Source of the DNA: Solirubrobacteraceae bacterium
GTDB lineage: Bacteria; Actinomycetota; Thermoleophilia; Solirubrobacterales; Solirubrobacteraceae
Assembly: GCA_039745115.1 (NCBI GenBank)
Contig: JBCJRT010000004.1
Coordinates: 33,368 to 97,367 of the forward strand
Reading direction: 5' to 3'
Length of the DNA: 64,000 nt
Below are positions 49,964-58,507 of this stretch, piece after piece. Both the position numbers and the translations under genes were made by a program. Position 1 is the stretch's first letter. Every line of letters begins with the position of its first letter. The notes under the pieces were generated by a model. It ran no database searches, was not told where the DNA came from, and was given only the letters and a program-made list of their open reading frames with translations.

Positions 49964-51544
49964 TCAGACCGGGACGACGCCGCTGCGCTTCCAGGGGCGC
50001 TCAACCCGCTTTGTCGATGCCATCTCAAAGCCGCGGCAGATCACTTCGCGCGTCTGGCGCGGGTCGATCACATCATCGATCATGCCGTTCTTGGCGGCGA
50101 TATAGACATCGATCAGGCTCTGGTAGGCGGCGATCAGTTCCTTCTTCTTGGCCTCCGGGTCGTCGGCCTCCTCGACCTGCTTGCGCATCACGATCTCAAC
50201 CGCCCCTTCGGCCCCCATCACGCTGATCTCGGCGCTCGGCCAGGCGACGATCAGGTCGGGCTCGTAGGCGCTGCCGTTCATCACGAAGTAGCCGGCCCCG
50301 TAAGCCTTGCGGATGATCACCGTGACCTTCGGCACCGTCGCGTTGGCGACGGCGTAGAGCATCTTCGCGCCGTGGCGGATAATCCCCTCGGCCTCAACCT
50401 TCGTGCCGACCATGAAGCCTGGAACATCCATCAGGAAGAGCAGCGGAATCCCAAAGGCGTTGCAGAGGTTGACGAAGCGCGCCGCCTTGTCGGCTGAGTC
50501 GTTGTCAAGGATGCCGCCGAGCTGGCGTGGCTGGTTGGCAACAATCCCAACCGGCCTGCCGCCAAATCGTGCAAAGCAGGTGATGATCGTCTTCGCGAAC
50601 TGCGGCTTCATGTCAAACCACTCGCCATCGTCGACGATCTGGCCGATGATCTTGTACATGTCGTGCGGCTTGCGGTTTGACTGCGGCAGCGCGTCGAGCA
50701 GCGCCTCCTCGGCCCGCTCGATTGGGTCGCTGCACTGCGCTATCGGCGGCGCTTCTTCACAGTTCGTCGGCATGAAGGAGAGGTACTGCTTAATCGCCTC
50801 AATGCACTCTTCGTCGGACTCAACCTCAAGGTCGCCGACGCCAGACTTGCGGCAGTGGATCCGTGAGCCGCCAAGCTCTTCCTGAGTGACGTCTTCACCG
50901 ACGGCGGCGCGCACCAGATGCGGCCCGGCAAGCGCCATCGAGCCGCGACCCTTGACCATCGGCACGAAGTCGGCAAGCGCTGGAATGTAAGCGGTGCCGG
51001 CCGAGCAGGGGCCCATCAGCGCGGCGATCTGCGGAATCACGCCGCTCATTACGACCTCCTCCCGGAAGAGATGGCCAGAGCCGGCGAAGAGCGAACCGAC
51101 GGCCTCTTGGATCCGTGCACCGGCCGAGTCGAGCAGCCAGATAAACGGAATCCGCTTAGTCAGCGCCAACTTACGTAGCCGCCCGACCTTCGTCTCACCG
51201 GTCATTCCCATCGAACCGGCCATCACGGTGAAGTCGTAGGCGCAGACGGCGACGATCCGGCCGTCGACCTTGCCGTAACCGCAGATAACGCCGTCGGCAG
51301 GCGCATCCTTGTCCTCAAGGCCACGGACCGCGTAGTGGATACCGCCGTGGATCCCCAGCTCGACGAAGCTTCCTTCGTCAATCAGCAGGGCGATCCGCTC
51401 GCGCGCCGTCAGCTTCTCGGCTGCGTGCTGGCGGTCGATCCGCTCCTGTCCGCCGCCAAGCATTGCCCGCTCGCGGCGCGCTGCCAAATCCTCGGCCAGC
51501 GGCCGCAGGATTCCAGTCGTCTCTTCAGCATCACTCGTCGTCAT
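49964..51544 (-). CDS. Acyl-CoA carboxylase carboxyltransferase (beta) subunit
   Basis: 526 aa. GGGQERIDRQHAAEKLTARERIALLIDEGSF and two crotonase-like halves, typical of PccB/AccD-type carboxyltransferases. Confidence 0.85.
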   Translation of the reverse strand: MTTSDAEETTGILRPLAEDLAARRERAMLGGGQERIDRQHAAEKLTARERIALLIDEGSFVELGIHGGIHYAVRGLEDKDAPADGVICGYGKVDGRIVAVCAYDFTVMAGSMGMTGETKVGRLRKLALTKRIPFIWLLDSAGARIQEAVGSLFAGSGHLFREEVVMSGVIPQIAALMGPCSAGTAYIPALADFVPMVKGRGSMALAGPHLVRAAVGEDVTQEELGGSRIHCRKSGVGDLEVESDEECIEAIKQYLSFMPTNCEEAPPIAQCSDPIERAEEALLDALPQSNRKPHDMYKIIGQIVDDGEWFDMKPQFAKTIITCFARFGGRPVGIVANQPRQLGGILDNDSADKAARFVNLCNAFGIPLLFLMDVPGFMVGTKVEAEGIIRHGAKMLYAVANATVPKVTVIIRKAYGAGYFVMNGSAYEPDLIVAWPSAEISVMGAEGAVEIVMRKQVEEADDPEAKKKELIAAYQSLIDVYIAAKNGMIDDVIDPRQTREVICRGFEMASTKRVERPWKRSGVVPV

Positions 51545-51576
51545 CGCTCAGACGGTACTACGGCGCAAGCCGCCGC

Positions 51577-52359
51577 TCAGCGCCCCTTCCACTGCGGCTC
51601 GCGCTTTTCAAAGAAGGCGCTAACTCCCTCACGGATATCTTCCGTGCCGAGCGCCTCGCCAAGCTGACCGCGCAGGAAGTCGAGCGCCGCCATCAGCTCC
51701 ATATCCTGCTGCTTCCAGATTGCGTCCTTGCCCATCCGCATCAGCAGCGGCGACTTCGAGGCCAGCTTCACCGCCCACTCGTTCACGGCGTCATCAAACT
51801 CGGCCAGCGGCACGACCTTGTTGACGATCCCCAGCCGCTCAGCCTCAGCGGCGTCGATCCGCTCGCTCAGCAGCAGCATCTCGGTCGTCTTCTTGCGCGG
51901 CACGTTGCGGTAGATCAACGCCATGATCATGAACGGAAAGACGCCAACATTCAGCTCCGGCGTTCCGAATGTTGCTTCGTCACTGGCGACGACCAGGTCG
52001 CAGGCCAAGGCAATCCCAAGTGAGCCGGCGAGCACGTGGCCGCGCGCGGCGCAGATCGTCGGCTTGCCGAGCGTTCCGATCAGTTCAAAGAGCGCCGGGA
52101 ACCGCGCCAGCCGCTCGTAGCGTTGCTCGCCGGTCAGCTCTTCGGCGAAGCCGCCGAGGTCGCCTCCGGCCGAGAAGACGCGCTCGTGCGTGCTGGCAAG
52201 AACCACACAGCGGACACCGTCATCGTCGCGCGCCCGCTCGAAGGCTGCGAGCAGCGCGTCGAGCAGCGCGTCAGAGAGAGCATTGCGCGAATCGGGCTGG
52301 TTGAGCGCGATCGTCGCGATCCTGTTTTCAACGCTGTAGATAACTATCTCGTCGGTCAT
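51577..52359 (-). CDS. Enoyl-CoA hydratase/isomerase family protein
   Basis: 260 aa from ATG 52359. ATIALNQPDSRNALS...VFSAGGDL...ARGHVLAGSLGIALACDLVVAS. Confidence 0.85.
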   Translation of the reverse strand: MTDEIVIYSVENRIATIALNQPDSRNALSDALLDALLAAFERARDDDGVRCVVLASTHERVFSAGGDLGGFAEELTGEQRYERLARFPALFELIGTLGKPTICAARGHVLAGSLGIALACDLVVASDEATFGTPELNVGVFPFMIMALIYRNVPRKKTTEMLLLSERIDAAEAERLGIVNKVVPLAEFDDAVNEWAVKLASKSPLLMRMGKDAIWKQQDMELMAALDFLRGQLGEALGTEDIREGVSAFFEKREPQWKGR

Positions 52360-52367
52360 CGCGCTAA

Positions 52368-52373
52368 AGGCTA
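52368..52373 (-). promoter_or_regulatory. Candidate -10 hexamer (TAGCCT) placed for a leaderless transcript of the hydratase operon
   Basis: TAGCCT on the minus strand ends 8 nt upstream of ATG 52359. No SD is present. Confidence 0.3.
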
Positions 52374-52447
52374 CGCACGATCGGCCGACGCTGCCCGCCC
52401 GTACGATTCGCGGTACCGTTAGACACCCCGTCAATCAAGGAGCAGCA

Positions 52448-53635
52448 ATGGCGTCCGGCTCACCGGTCCTGAAGCCCGATTACGACCAGAAGCGCGCACA
52501 CTTCATCTTCACCGATGAGCACGAGCAGCTGCGCGAGTCGATCCGTAACTTCGCCCAAAAGGAGCTGGCACCGCACGCCGAAGAGTGGGAGGAGACAACC
52601 TTCCCCGACTCGGTCTTCACGCGGATGGGCGAGCTCGGCCTGCTGGGCCTTGACAAGCCGGAAGAGTACGGCGGGCAGGGCGGCGACTACTACACATCAC
52701 TGGTGCTGGCGGAGGAGATGACGCACGCGCAGTCGGGCGGCTTGACGATGGGGGTTGCCGTCCACACCGATATGGCGATGCCACCGATCCTTGCCTTCGG
52801 CACCGAGGAGCAGAAGCAGCAGTGGGTCGTGCCGGCGATCAAGGGCGAGAAGATCCTCTGCCTTGGAATCACCGAGCCCGACGCCGGCTCCGATGTTGCC
52901 GGGATCAAGACGCGCGCCGTCAAGGATGGCGACGAGTACGTGATCAACGGCTCCAAGACCTACATCACCAACGGCCACCGGGCCGACCTGATCGTGCTGG
53001 TCACAAAGACCGATGCCGATGCCGGCTACGAGGGCTTCACACTCTTCCTCGTGCCGATGGACGCGCCCGGCGTGATCCGCGAAAAGAAGCTCGAAAAGCT
53101 CGGCATGCACGCCAGCGACACGGCGCTGTTGGCCTTTCAGGATGTGCGCGTGCCGGAAACGGCCGTGCTGGGTGAGGTCGGAAAGGGCTTCTACCACATC
53201 ATGTGGGAGCTGCAGGGCGAACGGCTGATCGGCGCCGCAGGCTGCGTCGCCGGCGCCCAACGCTGCTTTGACAAGACGCTGGAGTACGCGATGGAGCGTG
53301 AGGCCTTCGGTCGCAAAATCGGCAACTTCCAGGCGATTCGCCACAAGTTCGCCGACATGGCGACAAAGATCGAAGCTGCCCGCCAGCTCACCTACATGAC
53401 GGCTTGGCGCTTCCAGAACGGCGAGTACCCGGTGCGCGAGATCTCGATGGCGAAGCTCTTCTCGGCCCGGACTGCCTGCGAAGTGGCCGACGAGTGCTTG
53501 CAGATTCACGGCGGCGCCGGCTACATGAAGGAGTACGGCATCGAGCGCGTTTGGCGCGACATGCGGCTCAACCGGATCGGTGCCGGCACCGATGAAGTGA
53601 TGCTTGACGTGATCGGCCGCTCCTACGGCCTCTAA
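52448..53635 (+). CDS. Acyl-CoA dehydrogenase
   Basis: 395 aa with AAGGAG upstream. LCLGITEPDAGSDVAG, YITNG and the C-terminal IHGGAGYMKEYGIERVWRD with the catalytic Glu. Confidence 0.9.
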   Translation: MASGSPVLKPDYDQKRAHFIFTDEHEQLRESIRNFAQKELAPHAEEWEETTFPDSVFTRMGELGLLGLDKPEEYGGQGGDYYTSLVLAEEMTHAQSGGLTMGVAVHTDMAMPPILAFGTEEQKQQWVVPAIKGEKILCLGITEPDAGSDVAGIKTRAVKDGDEYVINGSKTYITNGHRADLIVLVTKTDADAGYEGFTLFLVPMDAPGVIREKKLEKLGMHASDTALLAFQDVRVPETAVLGEVGKGFYHIMWELQGERLIGAAGCVAGAQRCFDKTLEYAMEREAFGRKIGNFQAIRHKFADMATKIEAARQLTYMTAWRFQNGEYPVREISMAKLFSARTACEVADECLQIHGGAGYMKEYGIERVWRDMRLNRIGAGTDEVMLDVIGRSYGL

Positions 53636-53657
53636 GCCGCAGATAGGCGCCAAAGGG

Positions 53658-54824
53658 CTGCCGGGCGAACCGTCGGCGCGGCGGATAACGCCGCCCTTCA
53701 CAGAGGAGCACGAGGAGCTGCGCCAGTCGCTGCGCCGCTTCGTCGCGGCCGAGCTGGCGCCGCATGCCGACCAGTGGGAGCGCGAGCGCTGGTTTCCGAA
53801 CGAGTGCTTCACACGGATGGGCGAGCTTGGCTTCTTCGGCCTGAGCAAGCCGGTCGAGTTTGGCGGCCAGGGCGGCGACATCCTGCATGAAGCGGTCTTG
53901 GCGGAGGAGCTGGCCGGCTGCGGCTCAGCCGGCGTTGCGGCCGGTCTTGGCGCGCACGTCGCGATCGCCACTCCTCCGGTCTGGAAGTTCGGTAGCGACG
54001 ACCAGAAGCAGCGCTATGTCGTGCCGTCGATCGCCGGCACGAAGATCGCGGCGCTGGCGATCACCGAGCCCGGCGCCGGCTCCGACGTGGCCTCGCTGCG
54101 GACGACCGCGACGCCGGTCGATGGCGGCTGGATCGTAAGCGGTGAGAAGTGCTACATCACGAACGGCGTGCGCGCCGACTTCGTTGTGATGGCGGTCCGC
54201 ACGACGGCCGCAGGCGGCCATGGCGGCATCTCATTCCTGATCGTCGACACCGATCAGGCCGGCTACAGCGCCTCAAAGCTGGAGAAGATGGGCTGGCACG
54301 CCTCCGATACGGCGTTGATCGCACTTGACGAGGTCTTCGTGCCGGAGGCGAACCTGCTCGGCGGCCTGAACGAGGGCTTCAAGTTGATCATGGCCAACTT
54401 CCAGTGGGAGCGACTGGCGATGTCGCTCGGCTCGGTCGCTGCGATGCAGAACGTCTTCGACCGGACGCTGGCCTACGCGACCGAGCGGGAAGCCTTCGGC
54501 AGGAAGATCGGCAACTTCCAAGCGATCCGTCATAAGTTTGCGCAGATGGCAACAACGATCGAAGCGGGGCGGGCGCTGACCTACCACGCGCTGCGCCTGT
54601 TCGCTGAAGGTCATGACGCGACGCGTGAGGTGACGATGGCAAAACTGAAGACGCAGCGCGACTGTTTTGAGCTGGCCGACGAGTGCTTGCAGATTCACGG
54701 CGGCGCCGGCTACATGGTCGAGTACGGGATTGAGCGTGCTGTGCGCGACGCCAGGCTCGGCCCGATCGGTGGTGGCACCGATGAGGTGATGCGCGAGATC
54801 CTCGGCCGTAGTATGGGCTTTTGA
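53658..54824 (+). CDS. Acyl-CoA dehydrogenase (tandem paralog; start codon unresolved)
   Basis: Paralog-conserved N-terminal sequence (FTEEHEELRQSLRRFVAAELAPHADQWE...) lies upstream of the first canonical start, ATG 53817. The frame is open from 53613. CTG 53658 is a tentative start. Confidence 0.75.
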   Translation: MPGEPSARRITPPFTEEHEELRQSLRRFVAAELAPHADQWERERWFPNECFTRMGELGFFGLSKPVEFGGQGGDILHEAVLAEELAGCGSAGVAAGLGAHVAIATPPVWKFGSDDQKQRYVVPSIAGTKIAALAITEPGAGSDVASLRTTATPVDGGWIVSGEKCYITNGVRADFVVMAVRTTAAGGHGGISFLIVDTDQAGYSASKLEKMGWHASDTALIALDEVFVPEANLLGGLNEGFKLIMANFQWERLAMSLGSVAAMQNVFDRTLAYATEREAFGRKIGNFQAIRHKFAQMATTIEAGRALTYHALRLFAEGHDATREVTMAKLKTQRDCFELADECLQIHGGAGYMVEYGIERAVRDARLGPIGGGTDEVMREILGRSMGF

Positions 54825-55294
54825 GCAGCACCTTTGAGATCACGACGGTGACCGAGGGCGACCTGAGTGCGCTGCTTGGGCTACTGCGCGGCTACTGCGA
54901 CTTTTACGAGGTCTCCCCCGCCGACGAGGCGCTACTGGCGGTCAGCCGGGCGCTGATCGCCGACCCCGCGCGTGAAGGAATCCAACTAATCGCACGCGAC
55001 GATGCCGGCACGGCGGTCGGCTTCGCGACGATCTACTGGACCTGGCAGACGCTCGACGCCGCCCGGCTCGCCGTGATGAACGATCTGTTCGTCACGCAGC
55101 AAGCGCGCGGCAGCGGTGTCGCCGCGCAGCTGATCGAAGCCTGCGCCCAGCAGGCGCGCGAGCACGGCGCCGCCTCGCTCGGCTGGCAGACGGCGCCGGG
55201 CAACGAACCCGCACAGAAGCTCTACGACCGAATCGGCGCCAAACGGTCGAGCTGGCTCGACTACTCGCTGGCGCTCGACTCCAGCTCGGCGTAG
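54821..55294 (+). CDS. GNAT-family N-acetyltransferase
   Basis: 157 aa. The TTG start overlaps the ACAD stop (TTGA). Motif A is LFVTQQARGSGVAAQLI. Confidence 0.75.
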   Translation: MSSTFEITTVTEGDLSALLGLLRGYCDFYEVSPADEALLAVSRALIADPAREGIQLIARDDAGTAVGFATIYWTWQTLDAARLAVMNDLFVTQQARGSGVAAQLIEACAQQAREHGAASLGWQTAPGNEPAQKLYDRIGAKRSSWLDYSLALDSSSA

Positions 55295-56013
55295 AGCGCG
55301 CGAATCGCAGCAAAGATCTCGTCTGCTGCCGCCTGCTGCTGTTCGCGCGACGGATTTTTGACGATCTCGTAACGGAACGGCTCGCCGTACGAGACGATCA
55401 CCTTCGGCAGCTGCAACCGCTTCCAGTTGCGTACCTTCTGCGAGCCGTAGACGGCGACCGGCAGCACGACCACGCCGCTCTCCAGCGCGACCCTGCCGAT
55501 CCCCGACTTTGGCTTGTCGGCCAGCTGGCCGCTGCGCGAACGGCCACCCTCGCAGTACATGCAGATACAGCCGCCGCGGCCAAGGATTGAGCGGATGATC
55601 GCAAACGACTGCTCGTCGCGTTCGCCGCGACGGACCGGAAAGACTCCCCCGGTCCTCAGCACCCAGGCAAGCCAGCCTTTGTAAAGCTGCGACTTCGCCA
55701 TGAACTGCAGCTTGCGCCGCGTAAATGTGCCGACGAAAAAGTGATCGATGTTCGAAAAGTGGTTTGGCGCGAAGATCACCGGTCCGCTGGTTGGAACTCG
55801 GCGCGAGTTGCGGCTGCGAGCCCGGTAGGGAATCCAGACGAGCAACGACAGCAGCAGCCGTACCAGGTCGTAGGTCGGGCTGGGCTTATGGGTCATCGGC
55901 CAGTCGTAATACTTCTGCAGCTGCTCGACCGGGCGCGGGTCCTTATAGACCTGCTCGCGCATCGGTGCGAGCGTCGCGTCAGCGCCTTCAGTCTCGGTCG
56001 GTTTGTCGCTCAT
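55261..56013 (-). CDS. Lysophospholipid/1-acylglycerol-3-phosphate acyltransferase family (PlsC-like)
   Basis: 250 aa. HX4D motif NHFSNID and CEGGRSRSG. The 3' end overlaps the convergent GNAT gene by 34 nt. Confidence 0.8.
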   Translation of the reverse strand: MSDKPTETEGADATLAPMREQVYKDPRPVEQLQKYYDWPMTHKPSPTYDLVRLLLSLLVWIPYRARSRNSRRVPTSGPVIFAPNHFSNIDHFFVGTFTRRKLQFMAKSQLYKGWLAWVLRTGGVFPVRRGERDEQSFAIIRSILGRGGCICMYCEGGRSRSGQLADKPKSGIGRVALESGVVVLPVAVYGSQKVRNWKRLQLPKVIVSYGEPFRYEIVKNPSREQQQAAADEIFAAIRALYAELESSASE

Positions 56014-56044
56014 TGCTGATCAACACCCTTGCCGGCCTGTCTGG

Positions 56045-57526
56045 TTACGCCTCAGCCCAACCGCGTGAGCGTTCGACCGCGCGGTGCCAGTCGGCAAGCA
56101 ACGACTCTGCCGCAGGCCGAGCGAGCTGCGGTTGATAACGGTCACGCTCCTGCGCGAGGCTGGCCGCGTCGCTCTCGCTGAACAGCGCCGCGCCGACGCC
56201 GGCCATCATCGCCGCGCCGAGCGCTGTCGTCTCGGGAATCTCTGGTACGACGACCGGCACGCCCAGCAGATCGGCTTGGAACTGCATCAGCCAGCGGTTC
56301 GCCGTCGCGCCGCCGTCGGCCTTCAGGGTCGTGATCGGCCTACCACTAGCGGCCTCAATCGCGCGGACCGCGTCAACTGTTTGGTAGGCGATTGCCTCAA
56401 GCGTCGCGCGGGCCAGCTCAGCCCGTCCGCTACCACGCGTCAGCCCGACAATCGTGCCGCGCGCGTATGGGTCCCAATAGGGCGACCCTAGGCCGGTCAG
56501 CGCCGGCACGAAGTAGACGCCCTGATTGTCGGGCAGCGACGCCGCCAAGGCCTCCGTCTCTGCTGCTTCGCTGATAATCCCAAGCCCATCGCGCAGCCAC
56601 TGCACGCCGGCACCGGTAACAAAGATCGCCGCCTCCAACGCGTAAACGGTCTTATCGCCGATCGCCCAGGCGACAGTGCTGAGCAGGCCAGGGTGCGGCG
56701 CCGGAGGCTCGCTGCCAGCATTTACGAGAACGAAAGAGCCGGTGCCGTAAGTGTTCTTACCGTCGCCCGGCGCGAAGGCAGCCTGCCCGTACAGCGCGGC
56801 CTGCTGATCGCCTGCGACGCCGGCCAAGATCGCGCCGCCGTAACCGGGCAGCGCATCATCAAGCAGCGGGCCAAAGCCGCCGATCGATGGCCGAATTTCG
56901 GGCAGCGCAGCGATCGGCACGCCAAACAGCTCGCAGAGCTCCGCCGACCAAGCTTGCTCGTGCAGGTCGTAACAGAGTGTGCGTGAGGCATTTGAGGGAT
57001 CGGTCAGATGCTCACCGGTCAGCTTCCATATCAGCCACGAGTCAACGGTCCCGAAGATCGCCGTTCCGGCGGCGACGCGCTCGGCCAGCCCGTCAACGTT
57101 TGCCAGCAGCCACTCGATCTTCGTCGCTGAGAAGTAGGGATCGAGCACCAGCCCAGTCCGCTCGCGCACGAGCTGCTCGATCCCTTCGGCCCGCAGCTCG
57201 TCGCAGCGCCCTGCTGTGCGGCGGTCCTGCCAGACCAACGCGCGGTGCAGTGGCTCGCCGCTGATCGGGTCCCAGACGCAGACCGTCTCACGTTGGTTGC
57301 TGATGCCAACCGCTTGCAACCCGCCGGGCGCAACGCCGGCCTGGTCGAGCGCCGTCAAGGCAACGCGCTGTGTGACCTGCCAGATCTGCTCGGCGTCATG
57401 CTCAACCCAGCCGGGCTGGGGAAAGAACTGCTCAAACTCCTCGTAGGCGCGGCCCAGCAGCGCCATCTGCGAGTCAAAGAGAAGGCAGGTCGTTCCGGTC
57501 GTTCCCTGATCGATCGCGAGGATCAT
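56045..57526 (-). CDS. glpK: Glycerol kinase
   Basis: 493 aa. MILAIDQGTTGTTCLLFD, WVEHDAEQIW and GLTRGSGRAELARATLEAIAYQ. Confidence 0.92.
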   Translation of the reverse strand: MILAIDQGTTGTTCLLFDSQMALLGRAYEEFEQFFPQPGWVEHDAEQIWQVTQRVALTALDQAGVAPGGLQAVGISNQRETVCVWDPISGEPLHRALVWQDRRTAGRCDELRAEGIEQLVRERTGLVLDPYFSATKIEWLLANVDGLAERVAAGTAIFGTVDSWLIWKLTGEHLTDPSNASRTLCYDLHEQAWSAELCELFGVPIAALPEIRPSIGGFGPLLDDALPGYGGAILAGVAGDQQAALYGQAAFAPGDGKNTYGTGSFVLVNAGSEPPAPHPGLLSTVAWAIGDKTVYALEAAIFVTGAGVQWLRDGLGIISEAAETEALAASLPDNQGVYFVPALTGLGSPYWDPYARGTIVGLTRGSGRAELARATLEAIAYQTVDAVRAIEAASGRPITTLKADGGATANRWLMQFQADLLGVPVVVPEIPETTALGAAMMAGVGAALFSESDAASLAQERDRYQPQLARPAAESLLADWHRAVERSRGWAEA

Positions 57527-58218
57527 CAGGCGAACCTATTGCGCAGCCGCCGTGAGAGCCAGACGGAAACAAAGTCGAGCAGCTGGCGGAAGCGATGCAG
57601 GAAGCCACGCCAGCTGCGGCCGGTCGCGCGGTGCTCGAGCTCAATCTCAACCTCGACCACGCGAAAGCCGGCGCGAACCGCGTCGACCGTCATCCCGATC
57701 TCGATCCCAAAGCGCGGCGCAAACGGCAGCAGCTCAGCCAGCAGCTCGGCCCGCATTGCGCGCTGCCCGGAGATCGGCGCCTCCAACAGTTCGCCGGTCA
57801 GGTTGTTAATCGCCCAGCGCGCAAAGCCGATCGCGACGCCAAAGCCGCCGCCGAGCTTGCGCGCAAAGCGCGCTACCGCAAGATCGCCGTCGCCGCGCTC
57901 GACCGCATCGAGCAAGTCCTTCAGAGCGCCGGCGCTCTCACCAAGGTCGCCGTCGCACAGCAGCACCAGCTGCGGGCCACCGCGCAGCGCCGCCTGAGCG
58001 CCGAGCGTTGCCGCGCCGCCCTTGCCAATCAGCTTGCCGCTACTAACAACTTCAGCGCCGGCTGCGGCGGCGCGCGCAGCAGTGTCATCGCTCGATCGAT
58101 CATCGGCGACATAGATCCGCGCGCCGGGAAACCGAGCGCTTAGAGCCTCGATTGTCGCGGCGATCCGATCGCCTTCGTTGTAGGCGGCAATCACGACCGC
58201 TAGCTGCGAACCATCCAT
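57526..58218 (-). CDS. Small family-2 glycosyltransferase
   Basis: 230 aa. AVVIAAYNEGDRIAATIEAL, ADDRSSDDT and the DXD-like CDGDL. The stop overlaps the glpK start (TGATG). Confidence 0.7.
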   Translation of the reverse strand: MDGSQLAVVIAAYNEGDRIAATIEALSARFPGARIYVADDRSSDDTAARAAAAGAEVVSSGKLIGKGGAATLGAQAALRGGPQLVLLCDGDLGESAGALKDLLDAVERGDGDLAVARFARKLGGGFGVAIGFARWAINNLTGELLEAPISGQRAMRAELLAELLPFAPRFGIEIGMTVDAVRAGFRVVEVEIELEHRATGRSWRGFLHRFRQLLDFVSVWLSRRLRNRFA

Positions 58219-58274
58219 CAGGCGATCTATCGTGGCAGACTGCCTGTGTACGGATCTTCAAGGAGGCTTTTCAA

Positions 58275-58487
58275 GTGACCAACGTTGAAGCGCACATAAC
58301 AGGAACCGTCTGGAAGATCGAGTGCAAGCCGGGCGACGTGATCGCCGAGGGCGACACCGTCGCAATCCTCGAATCGATGAAGATGGAGATGGCGGTCGAG
58401 GCTGAGGATGCAGGCACAGTCAAGGAGATCCTCTGCGAAGAGGGCCAAGCCGTCAACGAGGGCGACGCGCTAGTCGTCCTTGAGTAG
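58275..58487 (+). CDS. Stand-alone biotin carboxyl carrier-type protein (TB7.3-like)
   Basis: 70 aa. GTG start preceded by AAGGAGG. Biotinyl-lysine motif ILESMKMEM. Confidence 0.8.
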   Translation: MTNVEAHITGTVWKIECKPGDVIAEGDTVAILESMKMEMAVEAEDAGTVKEILCEEGQAVNEGDALVVLE

Positions 58488-58507
58488 TCGGTCGGGGGCG
58501 TAGCGCG

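Noticed and set aside
52374-52447. A possible TetR-type operator (CCGTAC...GGTACC) in the hydratase/ACAD divergent spacer.
   Set aside because: The inverted repeat is imperfect (GTACG versus GTACC arms) and short. I cannot distinguish it from chance in GC-rich sequence.
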